NCBI GenBank assembly: GCA_965222115.1 | Contig: CBDCTJ010000001.1 | Coordinates: forward strand, 320,001-384,000 | Length of the DNA: 64,000 bases | Direction of reading: 5' to 3' | Source: Planctomycetota bacterium | GTDB taxonomy: Bacteria; Planctomycetota; PLA2; JAEUHO01 | Shown here: piece by piece, positions 52,229-62,516 of the stretch | Layout: every line of letters begins with the position of its first letter | How positions within the stretch are numbered: position 1 is the stretch's first letter | Made by a program: the position numbers and the translations under genes | Notes under the pieces: generated by a model | Told to the model about the DNA's origin: nothing | What the model saw: the letters and a program-made list of their open reading frames with translations, nothing else | Databases searched by the model: none

Positions 52229-52459
52229 CTACCTACGCGCCCCACGTGGCATGAAGTCTTTGCTGCGGAGGCGTACGCTCTTGCTGGAACCGACGGGGGT
52301 GCCGAGGGGACGAGTCTTACCGTCCAGCGTCTCCTTGCGAGCAATGACGCGTGAGAGCTTCTTGTCCCAGACGGTTTGGACACACTCGGCCATGTACGGA
52401 CAGTCCCGCGTGCGACACACGTAGGTCTCCGATCCGAAACAGTCCTTCTTTTTGGCCAT
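52229..52459 (-). CDS. Small basic 4-Cys protein (76 aa)
   Basis: GAGGA SD; MAKKKDCFGSETYVCRTRDCPYMAECV. Confidence 0.65.
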   Translation of the reverse strand: MAKKKDCFGSETYVCRTRDCPYMAECVQTVWDKKLSRVIARKETLDGKTRPLGTPVGSSKSVRLRSKDFMPRGARR

Positions 52460-52774
52460 ATTGTCCTCTGGGGGGCACCCATGGTATTGCGCCACGCCTC
52501 CTCGAACAAGGGGGTCAGCGCAATCAGCGGAACGTTTGAAACGCGCCCTCCGCGCGCTTCTTCTGACGTGCAATCGGCATGGTGGGAGATCGCTTGATAG
52601 TCGGAAAGCCCAACAGATCGCGCTTTTCTACATACCTTCGCAACCTGTCCGTGCGAAGGTCCGGCACGATGGGTTGTTGTCTCGGTTTCGTTCGTATGCG
52701 GCACAAGACACGACGCAACCCTTGGTACGCATGAAACATCACGGTGACCGTGACAACGAAGTACATTCGCCCGC

Positions 52775-53152
52775 ATGAATACGCGCATTGGTCACGACCT
52801 TGTAGACATCGATCGCTTTGAACGCATCGTGGCAAAGCATCCTGATCGCTGGCGCAAGCGTGTGTTCACGGACCACGAATGGGAACGCGCACAGGGGCGC
52901 CCCCATCCCTACGCCTCACTCGCCGTTCGCTTTGCTGCCAAGGAGGCGGTGATGAAAGCGCTACGAACAGGCTGGGGCAAGGGGGTTGGTTGGCGCGATA
53001 TCGAGGTGCGCGGCGGTGGGCGTGCCGCGCCTACGTTGGCGCTTCACGGACGCGCTAAGGAAGTGGCCGATCAAGCGCGCCTACGATTCGACGTGAGCCT
53101 CTCACACACCTCACAGCTCGCTTCCGCTTCCGTGCTGGCCTACCAACAGTAA
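52775..53152 (+). CDS. acpS: Holo-[ACP] synthase
   Basis: IGHDLVDIDR, RFAAKEAVMKAL.TG, VSLSHT. Confidence 0.95.
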   Translation: MNTRIGHDLVDIDRFERIVAKHPDRWRKRVFTDHEWERAQGRPHPYASLAVRFAAKEAVMKALRTGWGKGVGWRDIEVRGGGRAAPTLALHGRAKEVADQARLRFDVSLSHTSQLASASVLAYQQ

Positions 53153-53222
53153 TCAAAAAACACACCGTCGTGTTGGTCTCATCCACGGGCGAGACCTGTG
53201 ACGGCCACGCGTCACAAAAATG

Positions 53223-53251
53223 AAAGACGCCCGCTCGTGGCGGGCGCCTTT
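53223..53251 (-). terminator. Intrinsic terminator, possibly bidirectional
   Basis: Minus strand reads AAAGGCGCCCGC-CACGA-GCGGGCGTCTTT-CATTTTT, between convergent genes. Confidence 0.7.
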
Positions 53252-53280
53252 GCGATTTGCTGAAGCGAATCGGAGTAGAA

Positions 53281-55488
53281 CTACTCGCCGCTGTCGCCCC
53301 CACCGCCACCGAGGGCGCTAGCCTTCGTGCGGAACTTGAGGAACACCTTGCGTCGCGTCAAGGGGTCCATGCCCTGAATGTTGCGACCAAGGGCTCCAAT
53401 GGCCGCTGTGCGCACGAGATCGCTATCACTATCCGTGGCGTTCATCAGCGCCGCGATATGACCCTGTGCTGCACCGCCAACCTTGGCGAGGACGCGACCC
53501 AAGGCTTCCGCCGCAGCGGCCTGAATCGCTTCACTACCCGAGCCAAGCGCTGTAACCAGCGCATCCGCACCGCCGCCGGCGATATTGCCAAGCGCCTTGA
53601 CCGCACCCAACTGAATCGACTCGTCTTGACCCTTTACAGCCGCTTCGGCAAGTGAGCCGACCGCCGTATTGAGATTGGGGAATGCTGACGAATAGGCATC
53701 GACGTTGGCAAGCGCGTTGGCCGCCGAAGCTGCAACGCGATTGGCTGCTTCGCGGTCGGCGTTTAGATCACCGGCCTCGGCGGCTTGGTTGACCTGATCC
53801 ACGAACGCGGACGCAGCAAAGTTCTCGGGCGAGATATAGCCCGCGACCTTGTCGCCATACTTGGTCTGGAACATTTCCTGAACCTTGTCGGCGTTGGGAC
53901 CATCGATCAACACAAGCACGCGAACTGCGCTTGTACGCGCGTCGGCTTTGATCTCGTCGATCGCCGACATCGCGGTATAGGCGCGCTGCGAGGGAACTGT
54001 TGCAGCCGTTTCGCCAACGTTGGCGCGAATCACTACAACGTCCATGCTGGCATTGCCCTTGGTGCGGTTTACGCCGCTGTGGGCATCGTTGTCCGAACCG
54101 GTAACAAAGCCCGCCTCATTGAGCGCGGCCACCATCATGCCCTGCGTGTCCACGTTGTCGTCCACGACGAGCACCTGGAAGACAGCGCTTCGGGCCGCTG
54201 CACGCGCCGCGATATCAGCAACCCGCTCGGCACCGGGAAATGACGAACGCGGATTCATGTTGAGTGCAGCAATCGCTGCTGCGTACCGCACGCGTTGGTC
54301 GGGCGCATTCAATGCGTCAACGATGGCTGTTTGAGCAACAGGCTCACCGCCGTAGTCGCGTGCCATAGCGTGGCAACATTCGACTGCAACTTCCCAATCC
54401 TTGTCGCCAATGGCGCTTCGCAGGGCGCCGGACTCAGCATCCAGACCTTGGCTCGAAACGAGTTGATCCATGCGCTTGAGGACGCCGGACTTGTCTTCGC
54501 CTCCCTTACCAGCGGCTGCAGCAAGTTCGACTTTTTGGGCGAGCAATGCACGCACAAGCAATGCGCTGGCCGCGCGATTGCCGTTGCCGGCCAACAGCCC
54601 ATCCGCCGCGTATTCTTCGGCTACGTGATAGCCGTAGAGATAGGCGGGAATCTCGTAGCGCTGAAGCGCCCCGTCTTCCCAACGCCACACATCCTTCATG
54701 TCAGTGAAGGCAAGCAAGACTTCCGGATCCTTGTTCAAGAATCGCGTGCCCATCGTGACGAAGGCATCGGCCGCACTACCACCGCCGCCAAGTTGCGACG
54801 CCGCATTGCGCGCCTTCTCTTGGACGGAAGCGTCGCTATCACTCTCTGCTGCGTAGAGCAATGCAGGCAGTGCGCGCTCGTCCTTAAGATCGCCTAGCAC
54901 AACCGCCGCGTGACCACGCACGCGCGCGTTGTCCGACGACATGACCTCAATCAAGGGCATGACCGCATGGTCACCCAAGCGACGCAAGGCGAGGATGGCA
55001 TTCACCACGTACTCGGCGTTGGCGTCGCCCAGATAGGGATAGAGGTATTGCACGGCGTGTTCGCCGGAGGCCTGCAAGGTGGCTGCGGCCGCGCGGCGCT
55101 TATCCCACGCAGAATCTTCCACCGCAATCTTGACCTGCTCTTGGATGTCTTCAGCGTCGCGCAGGCGTTCCCGCTCAGCCGGCGCTGACTTGTGGAGCAA
55201 GTACTTAAAGAGGCGCTCATGTTCGCCACCACGAGCCAACCCGCGGAGCAATACGCGTTGCTCAACATCACGAAGCACGTCGTACACTTCGCTGTCTTCG
55301 GGGTTGGAAGCAACGTAGTCGCGAAGCTTCTGCAACGCTTCGTCGTACTTACCGGCTGCATAATCGGAAAGTGCTGATCGCAAGTCCTCGGGGCCCGCAG
55401 TAGCGGGTGCCGGGAACATCAGTAGCGCAACGATGCCAAGCACCAGCGCAAATCCAAGCGTGTCAGCACGAAGGCTCGTTGCCTTCAT
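53281..55488 (-). CDS. Exported HEAT-repeat protein with a receiver-like domain
   Basis: GGGAGG SD before ATG 55488; signal peptide; HEAT units such as VRGHAAVVLGDL; segment VLVVDDN...DVVVIR. Confidence 0.8.
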   Translation of the reverse strand: MKATSLRADTLGFALVLGIVALLMFPAPATAGPEDLRSALSDYAAGKYDEALQKLRDYVASNPEDSEVYDVLRDVEQRVLLRGLARGGEHERLFKYLLHKSAPAERERLRDAEDIQEQVKIAVEDSAWDKRRAAAATLQASGEHAVQYLYPYLGDANAEYVVNAILALRRLGDHAVMPLIEVMSSDNARVRGHAAVVLGDLKDERALPALLYAAESDSDASVQEKARNAASQLGGGGSAADAFVTMGTRFLNKDPEVLLAFTDMKDVWRWEDGALQRYEIPAYLYGYHVAEEYAADGLLAGNGNRAASALLVRALLAQKVELAAAAGKGGEDKSGVLKRMDQLVSSQGLDAESGALRSAIGDKDWEVAVECCHAMARDYGGEPVAQTAIVDALNAPDQRVRYAAAIAALNMNPRSSFPGAERVADIAARAAARSAVFQVLVVDDNVDTQGMMVAALNEAGFVTGSDNDAHSGVNRTKGNASMDVVVIRANVGETAATVPSQRAYTAMSAIDEIKADARTSAVRVLVLIDGPNADKVQEMFQTKYGDKVAGYISPENFAASAFVDQVNQAAEAGDLNADREAANRVAASAANALANVDAYSSAFPNLNTAVGSLAEAAVKGQDESIQLGAVKALGNIAGGGADALVTALGSGSEAIQAAAAEALGRVLAKVGGAAQGHIAALMNATDSDSDLVRTAAIGALGRNIQGMDPLTRRKVFLKFRTKASALGGGGGDSGE

Positions 55489-55812
55489 GAATGGCCTCCC
55501 TTCGACAGGGACTGAGAACGTCACGAATGTGTCTCATCGTACGCAGAGCCGCCCCAAACGGCGCGCCTCTGCACGCACCCAATCGGTTTCGCGAACGCGT
55601 ACATTGTTATCAACGTAAAAGCGCCGCAACACGCAACGGGTGTTCGGATCACCGCCTATCGCTCGTGATGGCAAAATCACAGGCGGCGGCAACCCTCGTT
55701 TCGATGGTCGACAAAACGACCTCTCTGCCCTCCCTGGCTCCCTGTACGCGTAGGCGCATGGAGTCCAAACCCCAAAAAATCGGGGCTCACGATCCTGCTG
55801 CCTTGCGGCGGA

Positions 55813-55842
55813 AGTGTACGTTCCCGCCGCTCGAACTGTCAA
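55813..55842 (-). promoter_or_regulatory. Sigma-70 promoter candidate
   Basis: TTGACA-N18-TACACT about 325 nt upstream of the HEAT gene. Confidence 0.55.
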
Positions 55843-55933
55843 GAACGACCACCCCCTACACACGACAGAAGCGAAACGTTGCGCACCAACCGTTCGCCAT
55901 GGTTTGCCAACCACGCCTGAAAATTACAAAACA

Positions 55934-57463
55934 CTAACGGCCCTCGCGTGGATGGGGACGCTGGAAAATCCCAAGAATGAGGGCCGCGACGCAGGTCACC
56001 AGGCAGCCGACGGCTGCCGTAAAGATCGACGACATCCCCCAGTTCGAAGCGAGTCCAACGTCCGAGCGCCCCAAAATCCGAGCACTGAGTGGGTGGTACA
56101 GAAACGCGGCAACGTAACCCGCCACCATGCCCCCTAGCGCAGCTCGCTGTGTCACGTGACGCGTGAGCATGCCGAGCAAGAACAGACCCAACAGCGGGCC
56201 CGCGAGGAGCCCCAGCCAGTCCCAAAGACGTTTCAAGATGTGATGATCCCCGTGCTGAACCATGAACGCGGCACCGACAACGACGAATCCATACGCCAAC
56301 GTGAGCCCCCGCGCCAAGCGCAAACGAAAGGAAGGGTCTAGCGGTTTGGTACGCCCACGATCGAGAAAGTCAACCAACGTTGCCGTGCCAAGCGAGTGAA
56401 CCGCCGAATCAACACTCGACATCGTGGCCGCGAAGAGCACAGCCACCATGAGGCCGGCCATACCGGGCGGCAGCCGATCCGCGATAAAGAAACTAAATAT
56501 CTCGTCTTGGTTAACGGATTCGCCAAGATGCACCGGGTCGGCGCCATAGAGCGCGAACAACGCTACACCCAAACCAACCGTGAGCATACCCACCACGAGT
56601 CCCGCAATCCAGCCGGCAACGGCGGCACGACGACTTGCAGCGAGATCCTTGCAACTAACGTAGCGTTGAACCAGTTGCTGATTCGTCCCAAACAACGATA
56701 GGGCAAACACGCTATAGCCCAGCATGGTCGTGAGCATCGTGGGCCACGTACCGAAATCGGCGGACGTATTAATCACGGGCTTCTCTTCAGCCAGCACGCG
56801 CGCGGCCCGCGCGATGTCACCAAAGCCACCGGGCAAATCAAGGGTGACGACAATGAACGAGCCAATCAGGCCGATGGCAATGCACACGAATTGCACCACA
56901 TCGGTCCACACGACAGCCTTTAGGCCCCCGAACGCGGAGTACATCACCGCAAGCAAGCCGACGGCAAGGATGCAGTGATCTACCGACCAGCCGGTGAACA
57001 CCGCAAGGGCGGTTGAAGTAGCGACCAACATGAGGCCCGCGCGCACCAACGCCATGAAGTGAAAAATTACGCTGCCCGTGGTCCACGCGGGGTCGCCAAA
57101 CCGTTGTCCCAAGTACTCGTAGGCGGTCGTGATCTTCAGGCGTTGAAAGAACGGCAGGAATACCAACAAGAGCACGGCCAACGCGGGCAACTCGCCGAGC
57201 CACATTTGAATCCACGTGAATCCTTGGGCATGACCCAATCCCGTAAACTGCAACAAAGCGAGCGCACTAAATGACGTAGCGACCCACGACATGGCAACCG
57301 CAAACCAAGGCACCGTGCGACCGCCCACGAGATAGTCTTCGGTGTTCTCCGTTTTGGTGCGCGCGCGCAGAGCAATCCAAATGACGAGTACCGCATACGC
57401 CAATACGACCACTATGTCGATAGCCGTGAGTGCGGCCATAGGTTGCAGCGGGTCAAGGATCAT
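55934..57463 (-). CDS. Sodium:solute symporter (SSS family)
   Basis: EDYLVGGR, TTAYEYLGQRF, GGLKAVVWTDVVQ, QRYVSCK, FAATMSS; TAGAGT box 6 nt before the ATG. Confidence 0.93.
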   Translation of the reverse strand: MILDPLQPMAALTAIDIVVVLAYAVLVIWIALRARTKTENTEDYLVGGRTVPWFAVAMSWVATSFSALALLQFTGLGHAQGFTWIQMWLGELPALAVLLLVFLPFFQRLKITTAYEYLGQRFGDPAWTTGSVIFHFMALVRAGLMLVATSTALAVFTGWSVDHCILAVGLLAVMYSAFGGLKAVVWTDVVQFVCIAIGLIGSFIVVTLDLPGGFGDIARAARVLAEEKPVINTSADFGTWPTMLTTMLGYSVFALSLFGTNQQLVQRYVSCKDLAASRRAAVAGWIAGLVVGMLTVGLGVALFALYGADPVHLGESVNQDEIFSFFIADRLPPGMAGLMVAVLFAATMSSVDSAVHSLGTATLVDFLDRGRTKPLDPSFRLRLARGLTLAYGFVVVGAAFMVQHGDHHILKRLWDWLGLLAGPLLGLFLLGMLTRHVTQRAALGGMVAGYVAAFLYHPLSARILGRSDVGLASNWGMSSIFTAAVGCLVTCVAALILGIFQRPHPREGR

Positions 57464-57513
57464 TCATGGACTCTACGGGGAGCCCGCGACCGTCATCGCC
57501 AACTGCGTTCGAA

Positions 57514-58968
57514 CTAGGGGAATAGCCGGGCCGCAATGGCTCGCTCGATGGCGGGACCCATGCCGGGTATGTGAAATCCGGATCCGTGCGAACGCGGCGC
57601 ACACCAAATCACCTGATCTTCCCATCCTGCGGCAAGACAGTGAAGTCGAATGGCGCGCACAAGGTCTTGACCCGCCTTGCTGGTACCCGCAACACCTTTC
57701 CAAGCTCGTGCGCGAGAGAACACAACTATCGTCGTTTCACTCAGCGAATGAAAGCGATCGGGCACCCCGGCGTCTTTGGTGCTGACAAAGCGATGCACGC
57801 TACTTCCGTTTTGCTTCGCTACCGCAGTCAAGTCCTTGCCGCGCGAGGCGTCATCATCGTCATCCACAATCATGATGCGTTTGGGTCGAATGTGGAGCCC
57901 ACGACCGCAGAGCAATTGCACGGTGCGGCGGGCAATGGAACCGTCCGGACGTTCACCGCGTCCCGCGTCGGCCAAGGTTGATGCGTGAATCGCTGGGATT
58001 CGGCGCACAAACTCGGTGACGCGCTCCGCACTCTTCCAGATGCACTGTTCCAACACATCGCGTCGCGCGGCATCGCAATCGAAGAGCGTCTCGGCAATCT
58101 GTTCGGGATCGTCGGGATAGAGCAGAATGTCGCATCCGGCTTCGAGCGACGTTCGCGCCGCCTCGACTTCGCCGCCTTCGATCATGGCGCCGGCCATCAT
58201 GAGCGCGTCGGTGATAATCACGGTCGACTCGCCGTGCCGCCCCCAGCCGCGCAGCGTATCGATGATGGGTTTGGAAAACGTGGCAATCGTGCCGGTCGCG
58301 TCGAGCGCAGGATAGGCCACATGCGCCGTCATCACGGCGGGACACAGACCGGCTTCAATCACCTGGCGAAACGGATGGAGATCGCGTGATCGAATCAACC
58401 GGGCGTCACCCTGCACCGAGGGAATCGCGTCGTGGCTGTCTTCGCGCGTGGCGCCATGGCCGGGAAAGTGCTTCGCGACCGGTAACGCACCACCCTGCGG
58501 TGCACCGCGCAAGTAGGCCATGCCATGCGACGCCACGCGATGGGGATCCCATGAAAACGCGCGGGTCCCAATAATGGGATTGTGCGGATCACTGCGCACA
58601 TCGAGCACCGGAGAAAACAACACGTCCACACCTACGCTGCGTGCATCCCGCGCCGCCGCGCGAGCAACGTCGTAGACCTCGTCGGGAGACGCCCCCACGC
58701 CAAGCACGCCGAAGTCAACATCTACGGGCAACCCGCTCACTTGTTGTCCGGCGCCGCGTTCCATGTCGCTCGCGATAAAGATCGGACGCCCCGCGGCTTC
58801 TCGTATGCCGCGCACAAGATCCGCTACGGCTTCACGCTCACCGCCGAACAGACAGAATCCCGCGACCCAAGGCCTTGCGGCGCGTCGCAAGGCGAGCTTG
58901 GCTTCGCCCTCGGCATCGCGATCGAGACGTATGGCGGGCACAACCAGCGGTGTGTCGAGCAGCGGCAT
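57514..58968 (-). CDS. nagZ: GH3 beta-N-acetylglucosaminidase
   Basis: SDMERG, SPVLD, KHFPGHGATREDSH (NagZ signature), VMTAHV, ITDALMM. Confidence 0.85.
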   Translation of the reverse strand: MPLLDTPLVVPAIRLDRDAEGEAKLALRRAARPWVAGFCLFGGEREAVADLVRGIREAAGRPIFIASDMERGAGQQVSGLPVDVDFGVLGVGASPDEVYDVARAAARDARSVGVDVLFSPVLDVRSDPHNPIIGTRAFSWDPHRVASHGMAYLRGAPQGGALPVAKHFPGHGATREDSHDAIPSVQGDARLIRSRDLHPFRQVIEAGLCPAVMTAHVAYPALDATGTIATFSKPIIDTLRGWGRHGESTVIITDALMMAGAMIEGGEVEAARTSLEAGCDILLYPDDPEQIAETLFDCDAARRDVLEQCIWKSAERVTEFVRRIPAIHASTLADAGRGERPDGSIARRTVQLLCGRGLHIRPKRIMIVDDDDDASRGKDLTAVAKQNGSSVHRFVSTKDAGVPDRFHSLSETTIVVFSRARAWKGVAGTSKAGQDLVRAIRLHCLAAGWEDQVIWCAPRSHGSGFHIPGMGPAIERAIAARLFP

Positions 58969-59074
58969 GGCGTCACGCTACCGGGCCACACGCTACGTCA
59001 ATGGACTTTTGTTTTAGCGCGTCTCATACAAAGACGATTGCGCGACGCCAAACTCAGCAAAACACCGGCAGATG

Positions 59075-62000
59075 TTACTCGTCGCTCGCCTCGCCATCTT
59101 CAGCATCTTCGTCCTCACCACCGTCCCATTCTCCGTCTTGTGGCGGCGCCTCATCGGGGAGTCGCGCCGACCCCGGACGTCTGGGCGTTCCATCGTGGTG
59201 CTCGGGTTCGGGTGCGAAGGCTTCGGGCGGATCAGGGAGCTTGGCCAGTTGCTTGAGGCGGAAGCCCGTGGCGGCGCCAAACAACTGCGTCCAATACACG
59301 CCACCGCTTCGACCGGCGCCCATTTCCGTCCACCGCGACAACATGTTGCGATGGTGCCCACTGGAGCCGAACCACGCCCAAAATGCATCCCGGCCTGTTG
59401 GCGTGCCCATGGCGATATTCTCGCCCACACCGCCGCCGTAGCCTTGCTTCTTGGCGCGCGCCCCAGGCGTTACATTCGATTTGGTTTGGTTCTTGCCGGG
59501 CGGCACGTTGTGAGCGAAGTAGCCGTTCACGCGCATGTGGCGACTATGACCACGAGCTGCGCGCACCAACCGCTCGTGAATCTTCACGGCGCGAAGCCCC
59601 ATCATCATGCGGTACTCATTGACGGCGCGGACATTGTCCTTCTCTTCGCCGGTGGCCGTCGTTTCAATCTGTTCATTGAAGCTCAGAACCTTGAGTGAGT
59701 ATGCGCGCGCTTTGGCCGATTTGCTCGTTGGCGTGTGCGATGGCATATCCACTTTGTCATTGATCACTTTGGTCAGTGCCTGAGCGCCTGCCTTGGCGTC
59801 GCCGCCGGCTCGCTCCAATACCTCGCTAACTTCGCTAATGAGCGAGAGGCGTTCACCCATTCGCTTATCCCACTCGGCAATCAGTTCAAGAGGACGTTCC
59901 CAGATCTGACGAACCTTGTCCACGCGGGCTTCGACTTCTGCCTGGTTCTTTTTTTGCGGATTGGGGTAGGGATACTCGGCACGGTTCAATATGAGCGACA
60001 GCGCGTGTACACGGCGCTCCTCGAGCAACTTCCATAGACGCTTGCGATACTTGCCGTAGGAAATCCCCCGGGCGTCGCGAAGTTCTTCGAGCAACGTCGC
60101 ACGCCGTGACGTGAGCGCGCGCAGGAAGCGATCGGCCACGGCATCGCCGAGGGCCAGCAAGTGCTCGTAGGCTTTCTTGCGCGTAGCCGCGTCCTTGTGA
60201 TTGATGGCAGACAACGATGCCGTGATGGCCGCTTCTTGCAGGAGCCGCTCGCGTACCTCGGGCGAAACAAAGCGTCCTTCGTAGTCTACGTAGCCACCCG
60301 CGGGAACGTCTTCGTCACGCCAAAAGGCAACCCGCGTAAACACCGCGTCCTTGTTGGCGCCCGTCTTGACCGCGTGAACCAACAGTGCGTTGGCGCGTTC
60401 GTCGAGTTCCCTGGCATGCGCAAGCGCGGCAAACTTGGAGGCAAGTTCTCCGTCGGGTTTGCGGCGATCGATCAGCGTGCCAAACATCGTTGGCTGCATT
60501 TTGGCCCACGCGATGCGGGTACTACCCGCCTTCAGAATCAGTTGAATGCCTTTGTCGTCGGCCGATTCGATAAATCCGCGCAGCGACTTGGAAGGTCCAA
60601 TGCCGCGATACGAGGTGCCATTGGTGTTGATATGAGCCGAAAGATCAACGGCCGCGTCCTGGCAGTCGCGCATGTCACGAAGCAGTGCAGTGAGCGCCTT
60701 GCGACCCTTTTCGGTACGCATCGTTGCTTTGGCCGCCTCGGCTTGCTTCTGCCCGGCACGAAAGTCGAAGGATGCGACGAACTTGGTCCATTCCGCACGC
60801 ACCTTCGAAAGGGTGTCTTGGTCGGCGATTTCCGCCAAGCGGCGTTGTTCTGCGGAAGTAGGTTCTTTGGGTTGATCGGTCGTTCCGGGTGTGCGCGTGC
60901 GTCCCGGTCGAGGTCCCGAAGCCGCGAGCGCTGCGGTTACGCGCGCGTCGATTTTCTTTGCTTCTTCCAACAGCGTGGAAAGCGTCTTGTGTTCTTCGAA
61001 TCCTTCAAATCGAGACAGTACGCGTTCGATGAGTGCCACGGCTGTGTCGGGGCGCTCGCCACCCATGCTTGTCTCGGCGCGCGAACGAATGGTTGTGGCG
61101 GCTTCCCGTACGCGAATCTCGATGGCTCGCGTTCGCTCGTTAACGACGTCGGAAACGTCGATGCCCGAAGGCGCCGCACGTTTGAGTTTCGCCCACACGT
61201 CTCGCGCGGCGGCATACTTGTGTGCCTTCCACGCCTGCGCTTCACTCGATTCAAGTCGGGCGACTTGATCCGACAGCCATGACGTCTTCGCCTTGCGAAT
61301 TGCGGCGAACTTTTCTTCGAGGCGCGGGAGGAATGACTCGCCAAACTCACGTACATAGTCTTGACGACGAAGCTGGAGGGCGGTGTCGTCGAGGTACAGG
61401 CGTTCTTTCCATACCGCCTCAAGCGCTCGATTGGCGCGGCCCTCTAACATGCCAAACTTGCGCAAATAGGCCGACGCGTCAACGCCAGCCGCACGTGCAC
61501 GCGGATCGTTCTTGACAGCCGTCCATATCGCGCGCGCCTTGTCGTAGCGCTTGGCCTCGAAGTGTGTGAGCCCTTGGGAGAGTTTCATTTCCAGCGACTC
61601 GCGCGCCGTGCTCTTACCTGCACCGGAGCCCGCAAGGAATGCGTAGCCCAAAATGCCCAGGCACAGCGCGCCACCGATCCAAAGAATCGGACTGCCCTTC
61701 GAACGTGCCCTTGAAGACGATCGTCCTTCGGACTTCTTAGTCGCCGTAGTGGCCGCCGAGGGCGTGGCATCGTCGGTTGCACGTGCCGTAGTCACCGCGG
61801 TCGGAGCCACTGACGGCGTTGCCGACTCGGCGTCAACACCCGACGTGCGAGCCGCCGGCTCGCGCGCTTGACCGTTGGCGGCCGAGGCACTCGACGTGCC
61901 GTTTCGTGATGCGCGCTTCGTGCCACCACGATCGTCGCGTGAACGTAGGGCACGCGCTTCGTCGGATTCGTCATCCAACAAACGAAGCACGGCACCACCC

Positions 62001-62254
62001 AAACGAATCTCGTCACCCGTGCGGAGCGAGACTTGCTTGATCGATACGCCGTTCACCATGGTCGGCATGCCACTGGACGAATCGCAAACTTTGAACAGAC
62101 CGCCCGGCAAGGGTTCGAGCCGGCAATGTTCTCGCGCGATGGTCGAGGAGTTGAGTCGCAACTCGCACTCTTCACCGTGGCCGACGCGAACCGGTGCGTC
62201 GGGAAGCCGGGCTTCGTAGCGTTGACCTTCTATCTCAATGCGCAGAACGGGCAT
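59075..62254 (-). CDS. FHA-TM-helical-CAP (SCP) domain protein
   Basis: FHA-like VGHGEECELRL..IAREHC...TMVNG; TM helix; CAP motifs VNEYR, AARGHSRHM..NGYFAH, GENIA, SSGHHRNML, YWTQLFG. Confidence 0.85.
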   Translation of the reverse strand: MPVLRIEIEGQRYEARLPDAPVRVGHGEECELRLNSSTIAREHCRLEPLPGGLFKVCDSSSGMPTMVNGVSIKQVSLRTGDEIRLGGAVLRLLDDESDEARALRSRDDRGGTKRASRNGTSSASAANGQAREPAARTSGVDAESATPSVAPTAVTTARATDDATPSAATTATKKSEGRSSSRARSKGSPILWIGGALCLGILGYAFLAGSGAGKSTARESLEMKLSQGLTHFEAKRYDKARAIWTAVKNDPRARAAGVDASAYLRKFGMLEGRANRALEAVWKERLYLDDTALQLRRQDYVREFGESFLPRLEEKFAAIRKAKTSWLSDQVARLESSEAQAWKAHKYAAARDVWAKLKRAAPSGIDVSDVVNERTRAIEIRVREAATTIRSRAETSMGGERPDTAVALIERVLSRFEGFEEHKTLSTLLEEAKKIDARVTAALAASGPRPGRTRTPGTTDQPKEPTSAEQRRLAEIADQDTLSKVRAEWTKFVASFDFRAGQKQAEAAKATMRTEKGRKALTALLRDMRDCQDAAVDLSAHINTNGTSYRGIGPSKSLRGFIESADDKGIQLILKAGSTRIAWAKMQPTMFGTLIDRRKPDGELASKFAALAHARELDERANALLVHAVKTGANKDAVFTRVAFWRDEDVPAGGYVDYEGRFVSPEVRERLLQEAAITASLSAINHKDAATRKKAYEHLLALGDAVADRFLRALTSRRATLLEELRDARGISYGKYRKRLWKLLEERRVHALSLILNRAEYPYPNPQKKNQAEVEARVDKVRQIWERPLELIAEWDKRMGERLSLISEVSEVLERAGGDAKAGAQALTKVINDKVDMPSHTPTSKSAKARAYSLKVLSFNEQIETTATGEEKDNVRAVNEYRMMMGLRAVKIHERLVRAARGHSRHMRVNGYFAHNVPPGKNQTKSNVTPGARAKKQGYGGGVGENIAMGTPTGRDAFWAWFGSSGHHRNMLSRWTEMGAGRSGGVYWTQLFGAATGFRLKQLAKLPDPPEAFAPEPEHHDGTPRRPGSARLPDEAPPQDGEWDGGEDEDAEDGEASDE

Positions 62255-62516
62255 GGATGTCGACCGACTCCTTTGCGAGGGCGGCACGGAAGGAACCCGG
62301 CAACCCGCTCGTTGTCGGCTCGACCGTGTTCCCCGCGTTGCGGCTACACGACTGGATGAGGAACGGGCTCGACGGGAAGGACGAACGTGCGTTCCGCCAC
62401 GATTTCGGCTAGGCATCAGAGTGTACTCCGGGCGGGCGCTCGGAGTCGTATCGGTGCGATGGAAGTCGAAACTGTAGGTCTCTGGGCCCTAAGGGCTGCT
62501 TTTCTAGTGGATCTGA

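Noticed and set aside
62255-62516. Riboswitch upstream of the FHA-CAP gene
   Set aside because: GC-rich stems are possible, but I recognised no known aptamer consensus.
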